Below are positions 1 to 9,569 of a stretch of DNA of 64,000 nt, piece by piece. Positions within the stretch are counted from its first letter, which is position 1; each line of letters begins with the position of its first letter. The notes under the pieces are model-generated. The model was given only the letters and a program-made list of their open reading frames with translations, was not told the DNA's origin and made no database searches. A program made the translations under genes and the position numbers. The stretch comes from an uncultured Sphingobacteriales bacterium. GTDB lineage: Bacteria; Bacteroidota; Bacteroidia; CAILMK01; CAYYUA01. Location: positions 23,182 through 87,181 of the forward strand of contig CAZQQN010000007.1 of assembly GCA_964595485.1 (NCBI GenBank). The letters are read 5' to 3'.

Positions 1-2
1 AA

Positions 3-713
3 TTGATCAAGTTCATTTACCACGAAATTAAAAACCAGGAATTAGACCTTTCAAAGGCTGAGACCTTGTATGCTTTTCTTTACCAATGTTCTTCTTTTAT
101 GGGAGAGGATGAGAACGTTATTTTCAACTTCAATTATGATTTGATCATTGAATCATTGCTGAAACATAAAGCTTTAAAAACCCATGAACAGGTCCAGATC
201 AAATACGGTCTTCAATTTGAGCGCTATGAACCTGAAACCATATCCAGCATTACCGAGAAGGAACGTCATTACTTAACAATGCTAAAGCTTCATGGGTCCT
301 TTAATTGGTTCAGGGCGAAAGGCAGTGAAAGCAACGATATTAGGAACATTTATTTAGTCCATGAAGATGAAAGCAGTTTTTCCATCCATGCCAATGACAT
401 ACCTACCTATATACCCATGACAAATGTTAAGTCGCAATTTTTAACGGGGACACTTTACAATACCCTTTGGGCAAAGGCTATTGATTACCTGAACCATTGT
501 GATAACATTGTATTGATCGGTTATGGTTTCCCCAGGACAGATTTGAATAACCTTGGGCTTTTACTTGATTACCGGAATAAAATTTCAGCAATCAATGTTC
601 ATCATCCGGATGAAAATGAGAAGGTGAAGCGTTTGAGGCAGATCTTTGGACAGGATACTGTCTGGAACATGGATGCCAAAAGCTTTATTTCAGAATATAT
701 CCTTAGTGGCTAA
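3..713 (+). CDS. SIR2-like domain protein (SIR2_2 type), 5'-truncated by window edge
   Basis: Motifs FNFNYDLIIE, LKLHGSFNW and IVLIGYGFP..D are typical of SIR2-like domains; frame is open from the window start. Confidence 0.75.
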   Translation: MIKFIYHEIKNQELDLSKAETLYAFLYQCSSFMGEDENVIFNFNYDLIIESLLKHKALKTHEQVQIKYGLQFERYEPETISSITEKERHYLTMLKLHGSFNWFRAKGSESNDIRNIYLVHEDESSFSIHANDIPTYIPMTNVKSQFLTGTLYNTLWAKAIDYLNHCDNIVLIGYGFPRTDLNNLGLLLDYRNKISAINVHHPDENEKVKRLRQIFGQDTVWNMDAKSFISEYILSG

Positions 714-766
714 GAAGATGGTTCAAACTATGTTTGGCTTATCGATGTTAGCAGAAGAAAATCCCT

Positions 767-1033
767 ATGAGTGAATCAGGTGATCCATACCAAAAGTTGA
801 GGGAAAGGCTTCAGCAACAACAGTGGCCCGGCGTTTTTATGTTTAAATTCATTGTTACACCCGAAAAAGTAGAATCAGTTAAACAAATTTTTGGGCCTGC
901 TGAGATTAAAACACGTCAATCACGAAATGGTAATTACGTCAGCATAACCGGTAAAGAAATGATGATGGACAGTGAAACGGTCATTGAGCGCTATAAAGAA
1001 GCGGCTAAAATTGAGGGTCTGATTGCATTGTAG
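767..1033 (+). CDS. DUF493 family (YbeD-like) protein
   Basis: 88 aa with WPGVFMFKFIV and SRNGNYVSIT motifs. Confidence 0.8.
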   Translation: MSESGDPYQKLRERLQQQQWPGVFMFKFIVTPEKVESVKQIFGPAEIKTRQSRNGNYVSITGKEMMMDSETVIERYKEAAKIEGLIAL

Positions 1034-1352
1034 TAACCAGGTTACTATTAAGCAAGCCAACCAACTTGGGGAGTTGTTAACTTTTGATAAGGGAAGCCTT
1101 AATACGGGATAGGAAGGTAAAGAATAGCACAGGTTATTTAAACTTCATTTTTTGAATATTCCTGGATTATCCTATTGAAAAATGACATTCCCTTTTGCTT
1201 TTTTAGGTCCAAAATCACATTTACCCTAATCACATCGTTTTGTTGGCTATTAAGTATGGCAATAACAGGTGCCGATTTCAAAATTGAATATTTTACCAGT
1301 CCGCTTATCGTGTTTAAATTTGTTTTAATTAAACAAAAAAAATGATTAAACT

Positions 1353-1703
1353 ATGAAAAAATTAGCACTTTTAGTTACAATAATCTGTGTTAGTTCGCTT
1401 AACTTGAATGGGCAATCCCTTAACCTTCCGGAAGATCAAAAATCTGGTGAGTTTCTGATGGTCTCTGTTTTTATTGATTTTGGAGGAATTCATCATGATT
1501 CTCGGCTAATTATTTCAGATGGTAAAGAGGAATTAAAGACAATGGAGTTAGAACAACCAAAAGCTCAAAACATGATCAAAAACCAAAAGAAAGCTACCAA
1601 AGTGGTGAATAAAGTTAAGTCAAATGGTTACGAATTGGAAGAAACTACAAGCAGTGGTTCAGACGGGATGTTTTTAAACAATTATATCTTCAAGAAAGAA
1701 TGA
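1353..1703 (+). CDS. Hypothetical secreted protein
   Basis: Signal peptide MKKLALLVTIICV, A-rich start context, C-terminal NGYELE...YIFKKE. Confidence 0.65.
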   Translation: MKKLALLVTIICVSSLNLNGQSLNLPEDQKSGEFLMVSVFIDFGGIHHDSRLIISDGKEELKTMELEQPKAQNMIKNQKKATKVVNKVKSNGYELEETTSSGSDGMFLNNYIFKKE

Positions 1704-1780
1704 ATAAGATTTTAATCAAAGCCCTATTCTAATATACAAGCATTTTCTATAAAACTTGGGAATAGCTCTTGATTTTCTTT

Positions 1781-2359
1781 TTAGGAAGTAGATTGATCAA
1801 TAGAATGCGTGAATAATTTATAAAGCGTTTCCTTTCGCTTCTGCCAATTTTTATCTCCCTTAAACTGAATGGTTAAGCCTTCTTTGGTGGTAAAATTGCC
1901 TTTTAATTTGTTCCCGCTTTTAAGCACCTTGAGAAATTCAGGGTAACGCATTTTGCAAGAATAACGATTGACCCATTCATCTTCATCTTTTTGTTTAATA
2001 AAGAATTGTTTGAAACTGTCTATATATATTTCTTTACTTGTTAATGAATCATTATCCTCAAGGCTTGGCTTCAAAACAAGCCTTTTTAAACTCTCAATGG
2101 GTTCAACGCCATTCAGGTAAAAATTCATACGAACATTGGGCGAATCAAGAGTGTCTGATGTGTTAATTGTAAAATCCGGCATAAATTCATAATCTACATC
2201 GTTTGTAACCGAAAACTCTGTAGTCTTTACGTAGTAAAGCTTACCATTCTTTTTAGTCCTGGTCTTTAAGTAATCGGAAGTTTGAACAGCGCAGCTGCTT
2301 ATAATAAGTAGTAAAACAAGGAAAAGCATTGGAAAAGCACCACTATTGGTTGGTTTCAT
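1781..2359 (-). CDS. Hypothetical lipoprotein
   Basis: Hydrophobic stretch followed by lipobox ISSC. Confidence 0.6.
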   Translation of the reverse strand: MKPTNSGAFPMLFLVLLLIISSCAVQTSDYLKTRTKKNGKLYYVKTTEFSVTNDVDYEFMPDFTINTSDTLDSPNVRMNFYLNGVEPIESLKRLVLKPSLEDNDSLTSKEIYIDSFKQFFIKQKDEDEWVNRYSCKMRYPEFLKVLKSGNKLKGNFTTKEGLTIQFKGDKNWQKRKETLYKLFTHSIDQSTS

Positions 2360-2532
2360 TTTAAACGGGATTTAAGGCTACTTTCACCAAAATTTTGGTT
2401 TGGCTTGGTCATTAGGTTTGACAGTAAGTATTTAAGTAGCAAAGGTAGGATAAATCTTTAGCCTGAAGAGAGGGCAAATGAAATTAAAATACCCCAAAAA
2501 CTGCTTCTTTTACAGTTTTTGGGGTGAAATTT

Positions 2533-2877
2533 TTAATTACCATATACATAAATGGTATAAGAGGAATAAATTCCCAAAATACTGGTGGTTTCATAATCAA
2601 CATGAGAAATTTCACTGATTCCTGCTGAATTAGCAGCAGTGTTGATACTGGCATCACCAGTTGCAATTATTCCAAGAATGTTAGAGGCAGAGCCTTCACC
2701 TACTTTTGATCCAACATTATTGGACGTTGCTGTTACGGGCCCTTTAACACCTGTATAAATTCCTGCTGGGGGGACAGGTGTATTCATGTTTCCCTGGAGA
2801 GCTACGCAACTTGTGAATGTGAAGGCAATTGCCAGTACTAATGCTAAGCCGGTAAGTTTTCTGATAATGTGTGCCAT
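2533..2877 (-). CDS. TRL-like family lipoprotein
   Basis: Lipobox FTSC; TRL-like pattern GEGSASNILGIIATGDASI..AA..AGI..ISHVDY....ILGIY.....VYG. Confidence 0.75.
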   Translation of the reverse strand: MAHIIRKLTGLALVLAIAFTFTSCVALQGNMNTPVPPAGIYTGVKGPVTATSNNVGSKVGEGSASNILGIIATGDASINTAANSAGISEISHVDYETTSILGIYSSYTIYVYGN

Positions 2878-3152
2878 AATGCAAGGTTTTTATTTTACAA
2901 TTCAAGGCAAATCTAAGAAGTTTTAGCATTTTTTAAAATGTGTTTTATATAAAAGTGGTTTTTTTGGTATTAAATGAGAGAAATTGCTTTTTCTACACGT
3001 TGTAAGTTAGCAATTGCATCGGAATATTTTATAAGAAAGTTGGGCAACTTGTGTAAATTTGGTCAATAAATGTTTCATAAAATCAATTAATTGCGCGTAT
3101 GCATGAATTTTTTACCAGTTAGTGGCTTTTAAGAGATCACTCAAAAACGCTT

Positions 3153-3196
3153 CTGACTTGTCAAACTGTCAGACTCTTAATTGGCAAGGTTGTTGA
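3153..3196 (+). promoter_or_regulatory. Candidate sigma54-type (-24/-12) promoter with upstream TGTCA repeats ahead of htpG
   Basis: TGGCA-AGGTTG-TTGA at 3182-3196 gives GG-N10-GA spacing; TGTCA direct repeat at 3159 and 3167; CTGAC...GTCAG inverted repeat at 3153-3172. Confidence 0.4.
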
Positions 3197-3235
3197 CCAA
3201 TTGGAAAGAAACCGTCAAAAAATTAGACAAAAACT

Positions 3236-5056
3236 ATGAAACAAGGGAATCTAGGGGTTCAAACTGAGAATGTACTTCCGATTATCAAGCGTTTTCTCTA
3301 CTCCGATCAGGAAATTTTCTTGAGGGAATTGGCATCGAATGCAGTAGATGCAACCCAAAAGATGCAAACAATCGCCAATAGCGGGGAATATGAAAAAGAT
3401 CTCGGTGACCTTACCATTAAGGTTCAATTAGATTCTGAAAATGGCACATTGTCTATAATAGACCGTGGTATTGGTATGACCGAGGATGAGGTGGTGAAAT
3501 ATATCAATGAGATCGCTTTTTCCAGTGCCGGTGAATTCATGGAACAATTCCAGAATGAACAGGAAAAAGGGCAAATAATCGGGAAATTCGGACTTGGCTT
3601 TTATTCCGCTTTTATGGTAGCTGACCAGGTAGAGATTAATACTTTATCTTACCAAGAAGGGGCGCAACCAGTAAAATGGACGGGGACCGGCGAATCTACC
3701 TATCAAATTGACGAAGCCGAGAAGGAAGACCGGGGTACAGAAATTAAATTACATATTTCAGAAGATGCTAAGGAGTATCTGGAAAAAGAAAGAATCAAAA
3801 ATCTCCTGAGTAAGTATTGCGGATTCATGCCGATTGATATTGAGTTCGATGGGGAGGTTATCAATGACACCAACCCCATTTGGCTTCAGAATCCATCGGA
3901 ATTAACAGCCCAGAATTACAAGGATTTTTACCAGAAACTTTATCCCGGTTCGCAGCCGCCTTTATTCTGGATCCACCTCAATGTGGATTACCCATTTAAC
4001 CTTACCGGAATTCTTTATTTCCCAAAATTGACCTCTGGTTTGGAAGGTCAGCGCAATAAAATCCAACTTTACAGTAACCAGGTTTATGTGACGGATGCTG
4101 TAGATGATATTGTCCCTGAATTCCTGACGCTTTTACATGGGGTAATGGATTCTCCGGATATCCCTTTGAATGTTTCAAGGAGCCACTTGCAGGCTGATAG
4201 CAATGTTAAGAAAATTAGTAATTACATTGTAAAAAAAGTGTCTGAAAAGCTGGAAAGCCTGTTTAATGAGGACCGTAAAGAATATGAAGACAAGTGGAAT
4301 GACATTCACGTATTCCTCAAATATGGTTACTTAACTAACGATAAATTTAAGGAAAAGGCCAAGAACTTTATACTTTTGAGTAATGTGGATGGTAAACGAT
4401 CAACCATTGAGGAATACAAAGAAAATATTAAAGACCTTCAAACGGATAAGGATGGTAAGCTGGTTTTCCTTTACACGACTGATAAAGAAAGTCAGCATAC
4501 TTACATAGAAGCTGCTAAGAAACGGGAATATGATGTATTAGAGCTTGATCATCCAATAGATAGTCATTTTATCCAAACTTTAGAAGGAGAAGAGGAGAAT
4601 ATATCGATTAAGCGGGTTGATTCCGATACCCTGGATAAATTGATCGATAAGGGTGAGCACACCGAATCAGCGCTTAGCGAAGATCAACAGAATCAGTTAA
4701 AGGAAGTGTACCAAAAAGTTATCAATGATGAACAGGCCAATGTGGAGGCTGAAGCCCTTTCACCGGATGATCCGCCCCTTGTGATCACGCAGGGCGAATT
4801 CGAGCGCCGGATGAAGGAAATGTCCCAGCTGAGCGGGATGGATATGAGCCAGATGCCCACCAGCTTGAATGTGAAGATCAATACCAATCATTCCCTTGCC
4901 AATAAAATGTTGGTTGAGCCGGATGAAAATAATAAAGAACTTTTTGCCAAAGAGGCTTATGATCTGGCCCGCTTATCCCAGGGAACGTTGAAAGGTGAAG
5001 ACCTGAGCGAATTTGTCAACAGGACTTTGTCCCTCATGGATCAGCAAAAGCAGTAA
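3236..5056 (+). CDS. htpG: Molecular chaperone HtpG (Hsp90)
   Basis: LYSDQEIFLREL.SNA.DA, DRGIGMT, IGKFGLGFYSAFMVAD and PLNVSR motifs. Confidence 0.97.
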   Translation: MKQGNLGVQTENVLPIIKRFLYSDQEIFLRELASNAVDATQKMQTIANSGEYEKDLGDLTIKVQLDSENGTLSIIDRGIGMTEDEVVKYINEIAFSSAGEFMEQFQNEQEKGQIIGKFGLGFYSAFMVADQVEINTLSYQEGAQPVKWTGTGESTYQIDEAEKEDRGTEIKLHISEDAKEYLEKERIKNLLSKYCGFMPIDIEFDGEVINDTNPIWLQNPSELTAQNYKDFYQKLYPGSQPPLFWIHLNVDYPFNLTGILYFPKLTSGLEGQRNKIQLYSNQVYVTDAVDDIVPEFLTLLHGVMDSPDIPLNVSRSHLQADSNVKKISNYIVKKVSEKLESLFNEDRKEYEDKWNDIHVFLKYGYLTNDKFKEKAKNFILLSNVDGKRSTIEEYKENIKDLQTDKDGKLVFLYTTDKESQHTYIEAAKKREYDVLELDHPIDSHFIQTLEGEEENISIKRVDSDTLDKLIDKGEHTESALSEDQQNQLKEVYQKVINDEQANVEAEALSPDDPPLVITQGEFERRMKEMSQLSGMDMSQMPTSLNVKINTNHSLANKMLVEPDENNKELFAKEAYDLARLSQGTLKGEDLSEFVNRTLSLMDQQKQ

Positions 5057-5111
5057 CGTTTTGAGAAATTCTGCGTAGCTTCCAAGCAAATTGGCTTAAT
5101 GCCAGAAAGTT

Positions 5112-5142
5112 AAAACCCGGTTATCCAATAACCGGGTTTTTT
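5112..5142 (+). terminator. Rho-independent terminator after htpG
   Basis: AAAACCCGGTTAT-CCA-ATAACCGGGTTTTTT. Confidence 0.85.
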
Positions 5143-5239
5143 AATTTCAAAAGATTTCTGAATCATTGTTTTAGCTCGTTTTAATCAATAAATTTGACTG
5201 GTAGTTTAAAGCCTAAGGAATCATGAAACTCGTTTTGCT

Positions 5240-6397
5240 ATGACCAATACCCAAAGTTCTTTCTCCAGTAAGTTACCAGGTATTAAAAAGAGTATTTTTT
5301 CAGAGATGTCTGCGCTGGCTAATGAGCACCAGGCCATCAATCTTTCTCAGGGTTTTCCGGATTTTAATTGCCCCGATGAATTAATAGACCGTGTAACGCA
5401 TTACATGAAAGAGGGCTATAATCAATACCCGCCGATGCCTGGTGTATACTCTTTAAAGGAAAAGATCGCTGAAAAAGTGAAAGCGCTGTACGGTACTGAA
5501 TATGACCCGGACAAGGAGATTACTATCACAGCTGGTGCTACACAGGGGCTACATTGCGCTATATCTACCCTTGTGCGGGAACATGATGAGGTGATCATCA
5601 TTGAACCGGCTTATGATGCCTATTTGCCTTCTATTCTACTGAATAAGGGTACACCTAAATACCTTCAGCTTGATCCGCCTGATTTCAAGATAAACTGGGA
5701 CCAGGTTAAGAAACTGATCACGTACCGTACGCGGGCTATCCTTATTAATACACCGCACAACCCATCTGGTATGGTGATGGGTAAAAATGACATGGAGCAA
5801 CTGGAAAAAATCGCTGCTAACTATGACATTTTTATCATAAGCGATGAGGTTTATGAACACATGGTTTTTGATGGGAATGAGCACCAAAGTATCTGCCGGT
5901 ATCCTAACATTAGGCAAAATGCCTTTGGCGTTTTTTCCTTTGGTAAGACTTATCACACAACAGGCTGGAAAATCGGGTATGTTTTGGCTCCGGAGCATTT
6001 GACCCAAGAATTCCGGAAGGTTTTTCAATATGTTATGTTTGGTGTTTCCACCCCCATGCAGTATGCCTATGCAGATTACCTGGAGTACAAAGATCATTAC
6101 CTGGATCTAAATGATTTTTACCAGGCAAAACGTGACTACTTCAGGGAATTGATTAAAGACTCCCGTTTTAAAATACTCCCCGCTGATGGAACATATTTCC
6201 AATGTGTTGATTTTAGCCATATTTCTGATGAGAGCGATGTGGATTTTTGCAAGCGCTTAATAACTGAATATGGTGTTGCAGCAGTTCCCTTATCTGTTTT
6301 TTACCATGAGGGCATTGATAATCAAATCATCCGGTTCTGCTTTGCTAAACAGGAATCAACCCTCAAAAAAGCAGGAGATATTTTATGCAAGATCTAA
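5240..6397 (+). CDS. ybdL: Class I PLP aminotransferase, methionine aminotransferase YbdL-like
   Basis: AINLSQGFPDF, NTPHNPSG, SDEVYEH, SFGKTYHTTGWKIGY and IRFCFAK motifs. Confidence 0.88.
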   Translation: MTNTQSSFSSKLPGIKKSIFSEMSALANEHQAINLSQGFPDFNCPDELIDRVTHYMKEGYNQYPPMPGVYSLKEKIAEKVKALYGTEYDPDKEITITAGATQGLHCAISTLVREHDEVIIIEPAYDAYLPSILLNKGTPKYLQLDPPDFKINWDQVKKLITYRTRAILINTPHNPSGMVMGKNDMEQLEKIAANYDIFIISDEVYEHMVFDGNEHQSICRYPNIRQNAFGVFSFGKTYHTTGWKIGYVLAPEHLTQEFRKVFQYVMFGVSTPMQYAYADYLEYKDHYLDLNDFYQAKRDYFRELIKDSRFKILPADGTYFQCVDFSHISDESDVDFCKRLITEYGVAAVPLSVFYHEGIDNQIIRFCFAKQESTLKKAGDILCKI

Positions 6398-7155
6398 ATG
6401 TTTCATTGGTACAACCTGATATAGCATGGGAAAATAAAAGTGCTAACCTTGAAAAGTATGACAACCTTCTGAAGGAGGTCATAAACCCTGATGTTGTTGT
6501 TCTCCCGGAAATGTTCAATACAGGATTTTCTATGAAAGCACCCGACCTGGCAGAATCAATGGATGGCCAATCAATAGAGTGGCTGGCAGAAAAAGCCAAA
6601 AGATTACAGTCCGTTGTTATGGGGAGTCTCATTATAGAAGAGAGAGGAAACTATTATAACCGTTTAGTTTGGATGCAACCGGATGGACAAAGGCATACCT
6701 ACGATAAGCGCCACCTATTTTCCATGACCGAAGAACCCAAATATTTTACCCCCGGCAAAGCTAAATTAATTGTTGAATGGAAAGGGTGGAAAATATGCCC
6801 CATGGTTTGCTTTGATCTTCGTTTTCCCGTTTGGATCAGGAACGCTGAGGAATATGATTGTTTCATTGTGAACGCCAACTGGCCTGAAAGGCGAAGTAAT
6901 CATTGGCGAACATTCCTGCAGTCAAGAGCTATAGAAAACCAGGTATATTGCATTGGCGTTAACCGTGTAGGAAAAGATGGCAATGAAGTTTACTTCTGTG
7001 GCGATTCAATGGTTGTTGACCCATTAGGAGAACCGAGGGTTCATACAAAACACAGCGAGCAGGTGCTGAATTATACGCTTGATTACGAAGAAATAAGAAA
7101 AATCAGGCGCTACATGCCTTTTTTAAAAGAGCGAGACCAGTTCAATCTTTTGTAA
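6385..7155 (+). CDS. yafV: Carbon-nitrogen hydrolase / omega-amidase (YafV-like)
   Basis: VLPEMF, YDKRHLF and VCFDLRFP give the E-K-C triad; overlaps ybdL, a conserved pair. Confidence 0.85.
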   Translation: MQDLNVSLVQPDIAWENKSANLEKYDNLLKEVINPDVVVLPEMFNTGFSMKAPDLAESMDGQSIEWLAEKAKRLQSVVMGSLIIEERGNYYNRLVWMQPDGQRHTYDKRHLFSMTEEPKYFTPGKAKLIVEWKGWKICPMVCFDLRFPVWIRNAEEYDCFIVNANWPERRSNHWRTFLQSRAIENQVYCIGVNRVGKDGNEVYFCGDSMVVDPLGEPRVHTKHSEQVLNYTLDYEEIRKIRRYMPFLKERDQFNLL

Positions 7156-7164
7156 TTTCAGCTA

Positions 7165-8064
7165 TTAATCGAGCCACTTTTCTTTTTCTTCTGGGTGGTT
7201 ATTTAAATACGTTTCGGTTTTATTGATTTTTTTCTCCAGGCTTTTTACAAATGTACTCCTGGGATATTTGTCCTTATAATCTCTTAATAGTTTTTTGAAA
7301 AAATCCAGGTCCCTGAAGAGTTGAATTCTAACGGCTATTATGGGAGCTGCGATTGATTTGTCGTCCCAGGCTTTTTTAACAATTGATTTCAAAGCCTTGA
7401 ACTTCTGTTTTTTTGTTCGCTTATTCAGTTTATTCAGCTTTTCCCGGAGTTTTCTGCGTTTCTGGGTATTTTCTTCGTTATCAATAGCCTTCTTGAGTGA
7501 GTCATCCATTTTATTGAACTTCTCAAGTTTTTTGTAAAGCGTTTTCAGGTACCGGGTATCTTTAGCCCCGTCACCCTCTACCGTGTAATCACCTATGTTA
7601 TCTATGTCAGTTTCTACGTGAAGAACACCCCCGGTTAATACAACATGAAAGGATTGACTTGGGAGACGGACTTGGTAAAGGCCTGGACGAGGTATTTTAC
7701 CACCAAACCGAAAGCGGCCCTGTTGATTAACAACGCTGGTAGCCACAGGATTTACATCCGCGCCAATTCCCAGTTTATCCAGAATAACCTCGGAATCACC
7801 ACCCCCTTCAATGACTCCCTGCAAAATAAAGTTTAGACTATCACCGCTTTTACCTGGGGTTTCACTCTTAGCTTTCTCAATGAGTTGGGTTTCATTTTCA
7901 CTGGATTTTATATCCGTTTCTTGATTACTTGATTGTTTTGCCTCTTTGTTGCTATTGGATTTCACCTCATCATTGCTATTTCCTGAATTGGTTTTTTGTT
8001 TATCCTGGCACATTACCATAACCGGCAATAGCAAAAGGGATACATAGAAGGCTGTTTTTCGCAT
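7165..8064 (-). CDS. DUF4369-domain lipoprotein lacking a C-terminal thioredoxin domain
   Basis: Signal peptide ending in Cys, low-complexity linker, then ILQGVIEG...GRFRFGGKI..PGLY; directly downstream of gatB; no CxxC. Confidence 0.55.
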   Translation of the reverse strand: MRKTAFYVSLLLLPVMVMCQDKQKTNSGNSNDEVKSNSNKEAKQSSNQETDIKSSENETQLIEKAKSETPGKSGDSLNFILQGVIEGGGDSEVILDKLGIGADVNPVATSVVNQQGRFRFGGKIPRPGLYQVRLPSQSFHVVLTGGVLHVETDIDNIGDYTVEGDGAKDTRYLKTLYKKLEKFNKMDDSLKKAIDNEENTQKRRKLREKLNKLNKRTKKQKFKALKSIVKKAWDDKSIAAPIIAVRIQLFRDLDFFKKLLRDYKDKYPRSTFVKSLEKKINKTETYLNNHPEEKEKWLD

Positions 8065-8066
8065 AA

Positions 8067-9530
8067 CTAAACATTTGTTTTTGACAATTCTTCTTCGAGC
8101 ATATTATTCACTTTTTTAGGCTCAGCTTTACCTTGCGATTTTTTCATGATTTGACCCACAAAAAAGCCAATAAGCCCGGTTTTACCATTCTGGTACTCTT
8201 CCACTTTTTGGGGATTGTTCTGAATGACCTCATTTACAAGCCCTTTCAAGAAATCGTCATCGCTTACTTGTATCAAATTAAGCTCATTAGCAAGGGTTTC
8301 CGGATCCTTTCCTGGTTGTTTGATCTGTTCATCGAACAACGTATTGGAAGCCATGGAAAAATTGAGCTTATCTTCCTGGATCATTCCTATAATTTTGGCA
8401 ATTTGTTCAGGGGTTAGCGGGAAATCTTCCATATGGACAGCGTTCTCATTTAAATAAGAACGAATTGGCCCAATCATCCAATTGGTAGCGGCTTTATAGT
8501 CATCGCAATGTTTAAGTATGGCTTCAAAGTACTCTGAAAAAGCTTTTTCAGAAGCCAGTAAGTTGGCATCATAAGGCTTTAAGCCGAAATTTTCCCGGTA
8601 TTTGTGCTCTCTTTCTCTGGGTAATTCGGGAAGTTGGCTTTTGAGTTCATCCAGGTCACTCTGCGTTAAAACAAACGGGGGTATGTCAGGATCCGGGAAG
8701 TAACGGTAATCTTCAGCCATTTCCTTGGTCCTCATTTCGAATGTTTTATTGTTCACCGGATCATAGCCCAGCGTAGCATGTTGAACTGCTTTTCCCTCCT
8801 CAATCATATCAACCTGTCTTTTAAATTCATAGTCCAAAGCTTTCTGAACATTACGAAAGCTATTAAGATTTTTAATCTCGACTTTGGTACCAAAGGCTGA
8901 CGCATCGTTTTTCATGACAGAAATATTAACGTCACAACGGAGACTACCTTCTTCCATATTACCGTCACAGATTCCTAAATAACGTACTATTTTACGGATC
9001 TCTACGAGATAATGATAAGCTTCAAGCGGGTAATTGATGTCAGGCTTACTCACTGTTTCTATGAGTGGTACACCAGCCCGGTTCAAGTCTACCAGTGAAT
9101 AAAATGGGTCTAAATCGTGAATGCTTTTACCGGAATCTTCTTCCAAAATGATCTTTTCAATACCTACGTTTTTATCATTCCCTTCAATATCGGGTATGGT
9201 TAAGTAACCATCTGTACACAAAGGTGTTGTGTACTGGGTAATTTGGTATCCTTTGGGTAAGTCCGGGTAAAAGTAATTCTTGCGGGCAAAATGGGTTTCC
9301 TTATTGATGTCCGAATTAGTCGCCAAACCCATTTTAAGTGCATAATGCAATGCCCCTTTATTTGGCTTAGGCAATGTGCCGGGATGACCAAGGGAAACAG
9401 GACTAACCTGGGTATTGGGTTCGCTACCGTATTCGTATGGGTCTTCTGAAAATTGCTTGCTGTTAGTCAAAAGCTGGGCGTGAACCTCTAATCCAATGAC
9501 CGCTTTGTATTCATTATAGGGTGACTCCAT
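8067..9530 (-). CDS. gatB: Asp-tRNA(Asn)/Glu-tRNA(Gln) amidotransferase subunit B
   Basis: VIGLEVHAQL, RKNYFYPDLPKGYQITQ, GNMEEGSLRCDVN and DYRYFPDPD motifs. Confidence 0.97.
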   Translation of the reverse strand: MESPYNEYKAVIGLEVHAQLLTNSKQFSEDPYEYGSEPNTQVSPVSLGHPGTLPKPNKGALHYALKMGLATNSDINKETHFARKNYFYPDLPKGYQITQYTTPLCTDGYLTIPDIEGNDKNVGIEKIILEEDSGKSIHDLDPFYSLVDLNRAGVPLIETVSKPDINYPLEAYHYLVEIRKIVRYLGICDGNMEEGSLRCDVNISVMKNDASAFGTKVEIKNLNSFRNVQKALDYEFKRQVDMIEEGKAVQHATLGYDPVNNKTFEMRTKEMAEDYRYFPDPDIPPFVLTQSDLDELKSQLPELPREREHKYRENFGLKPYDANLLASEKAFSEYFEAILKHCDDYKAATNWMIGPIRSYLNENAVHMEDFPLTPEQIAKIIGMIQEDKLNFSMASNTLFDEQIKQPGKDPETLANELNLIQVSDDDFLKGLVNEVIQNNPQKVEEYQNGKTGLIGFFVGQIMKKSQGKAEPKKVNNMLEEELSKTNV

Positions 9531-9569
9531 AATGTTTTGGCTTAAAAATTTTTGAATGCTATTGCCAAC

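Noticed and set aside
1031-1047. Palindrome TAGTAACC-A-GGTTACTA overlapping the DUF493 stop codon
   Set aside because: Single occurrence with no U tract and no second copy seen; cannot be told from chance.
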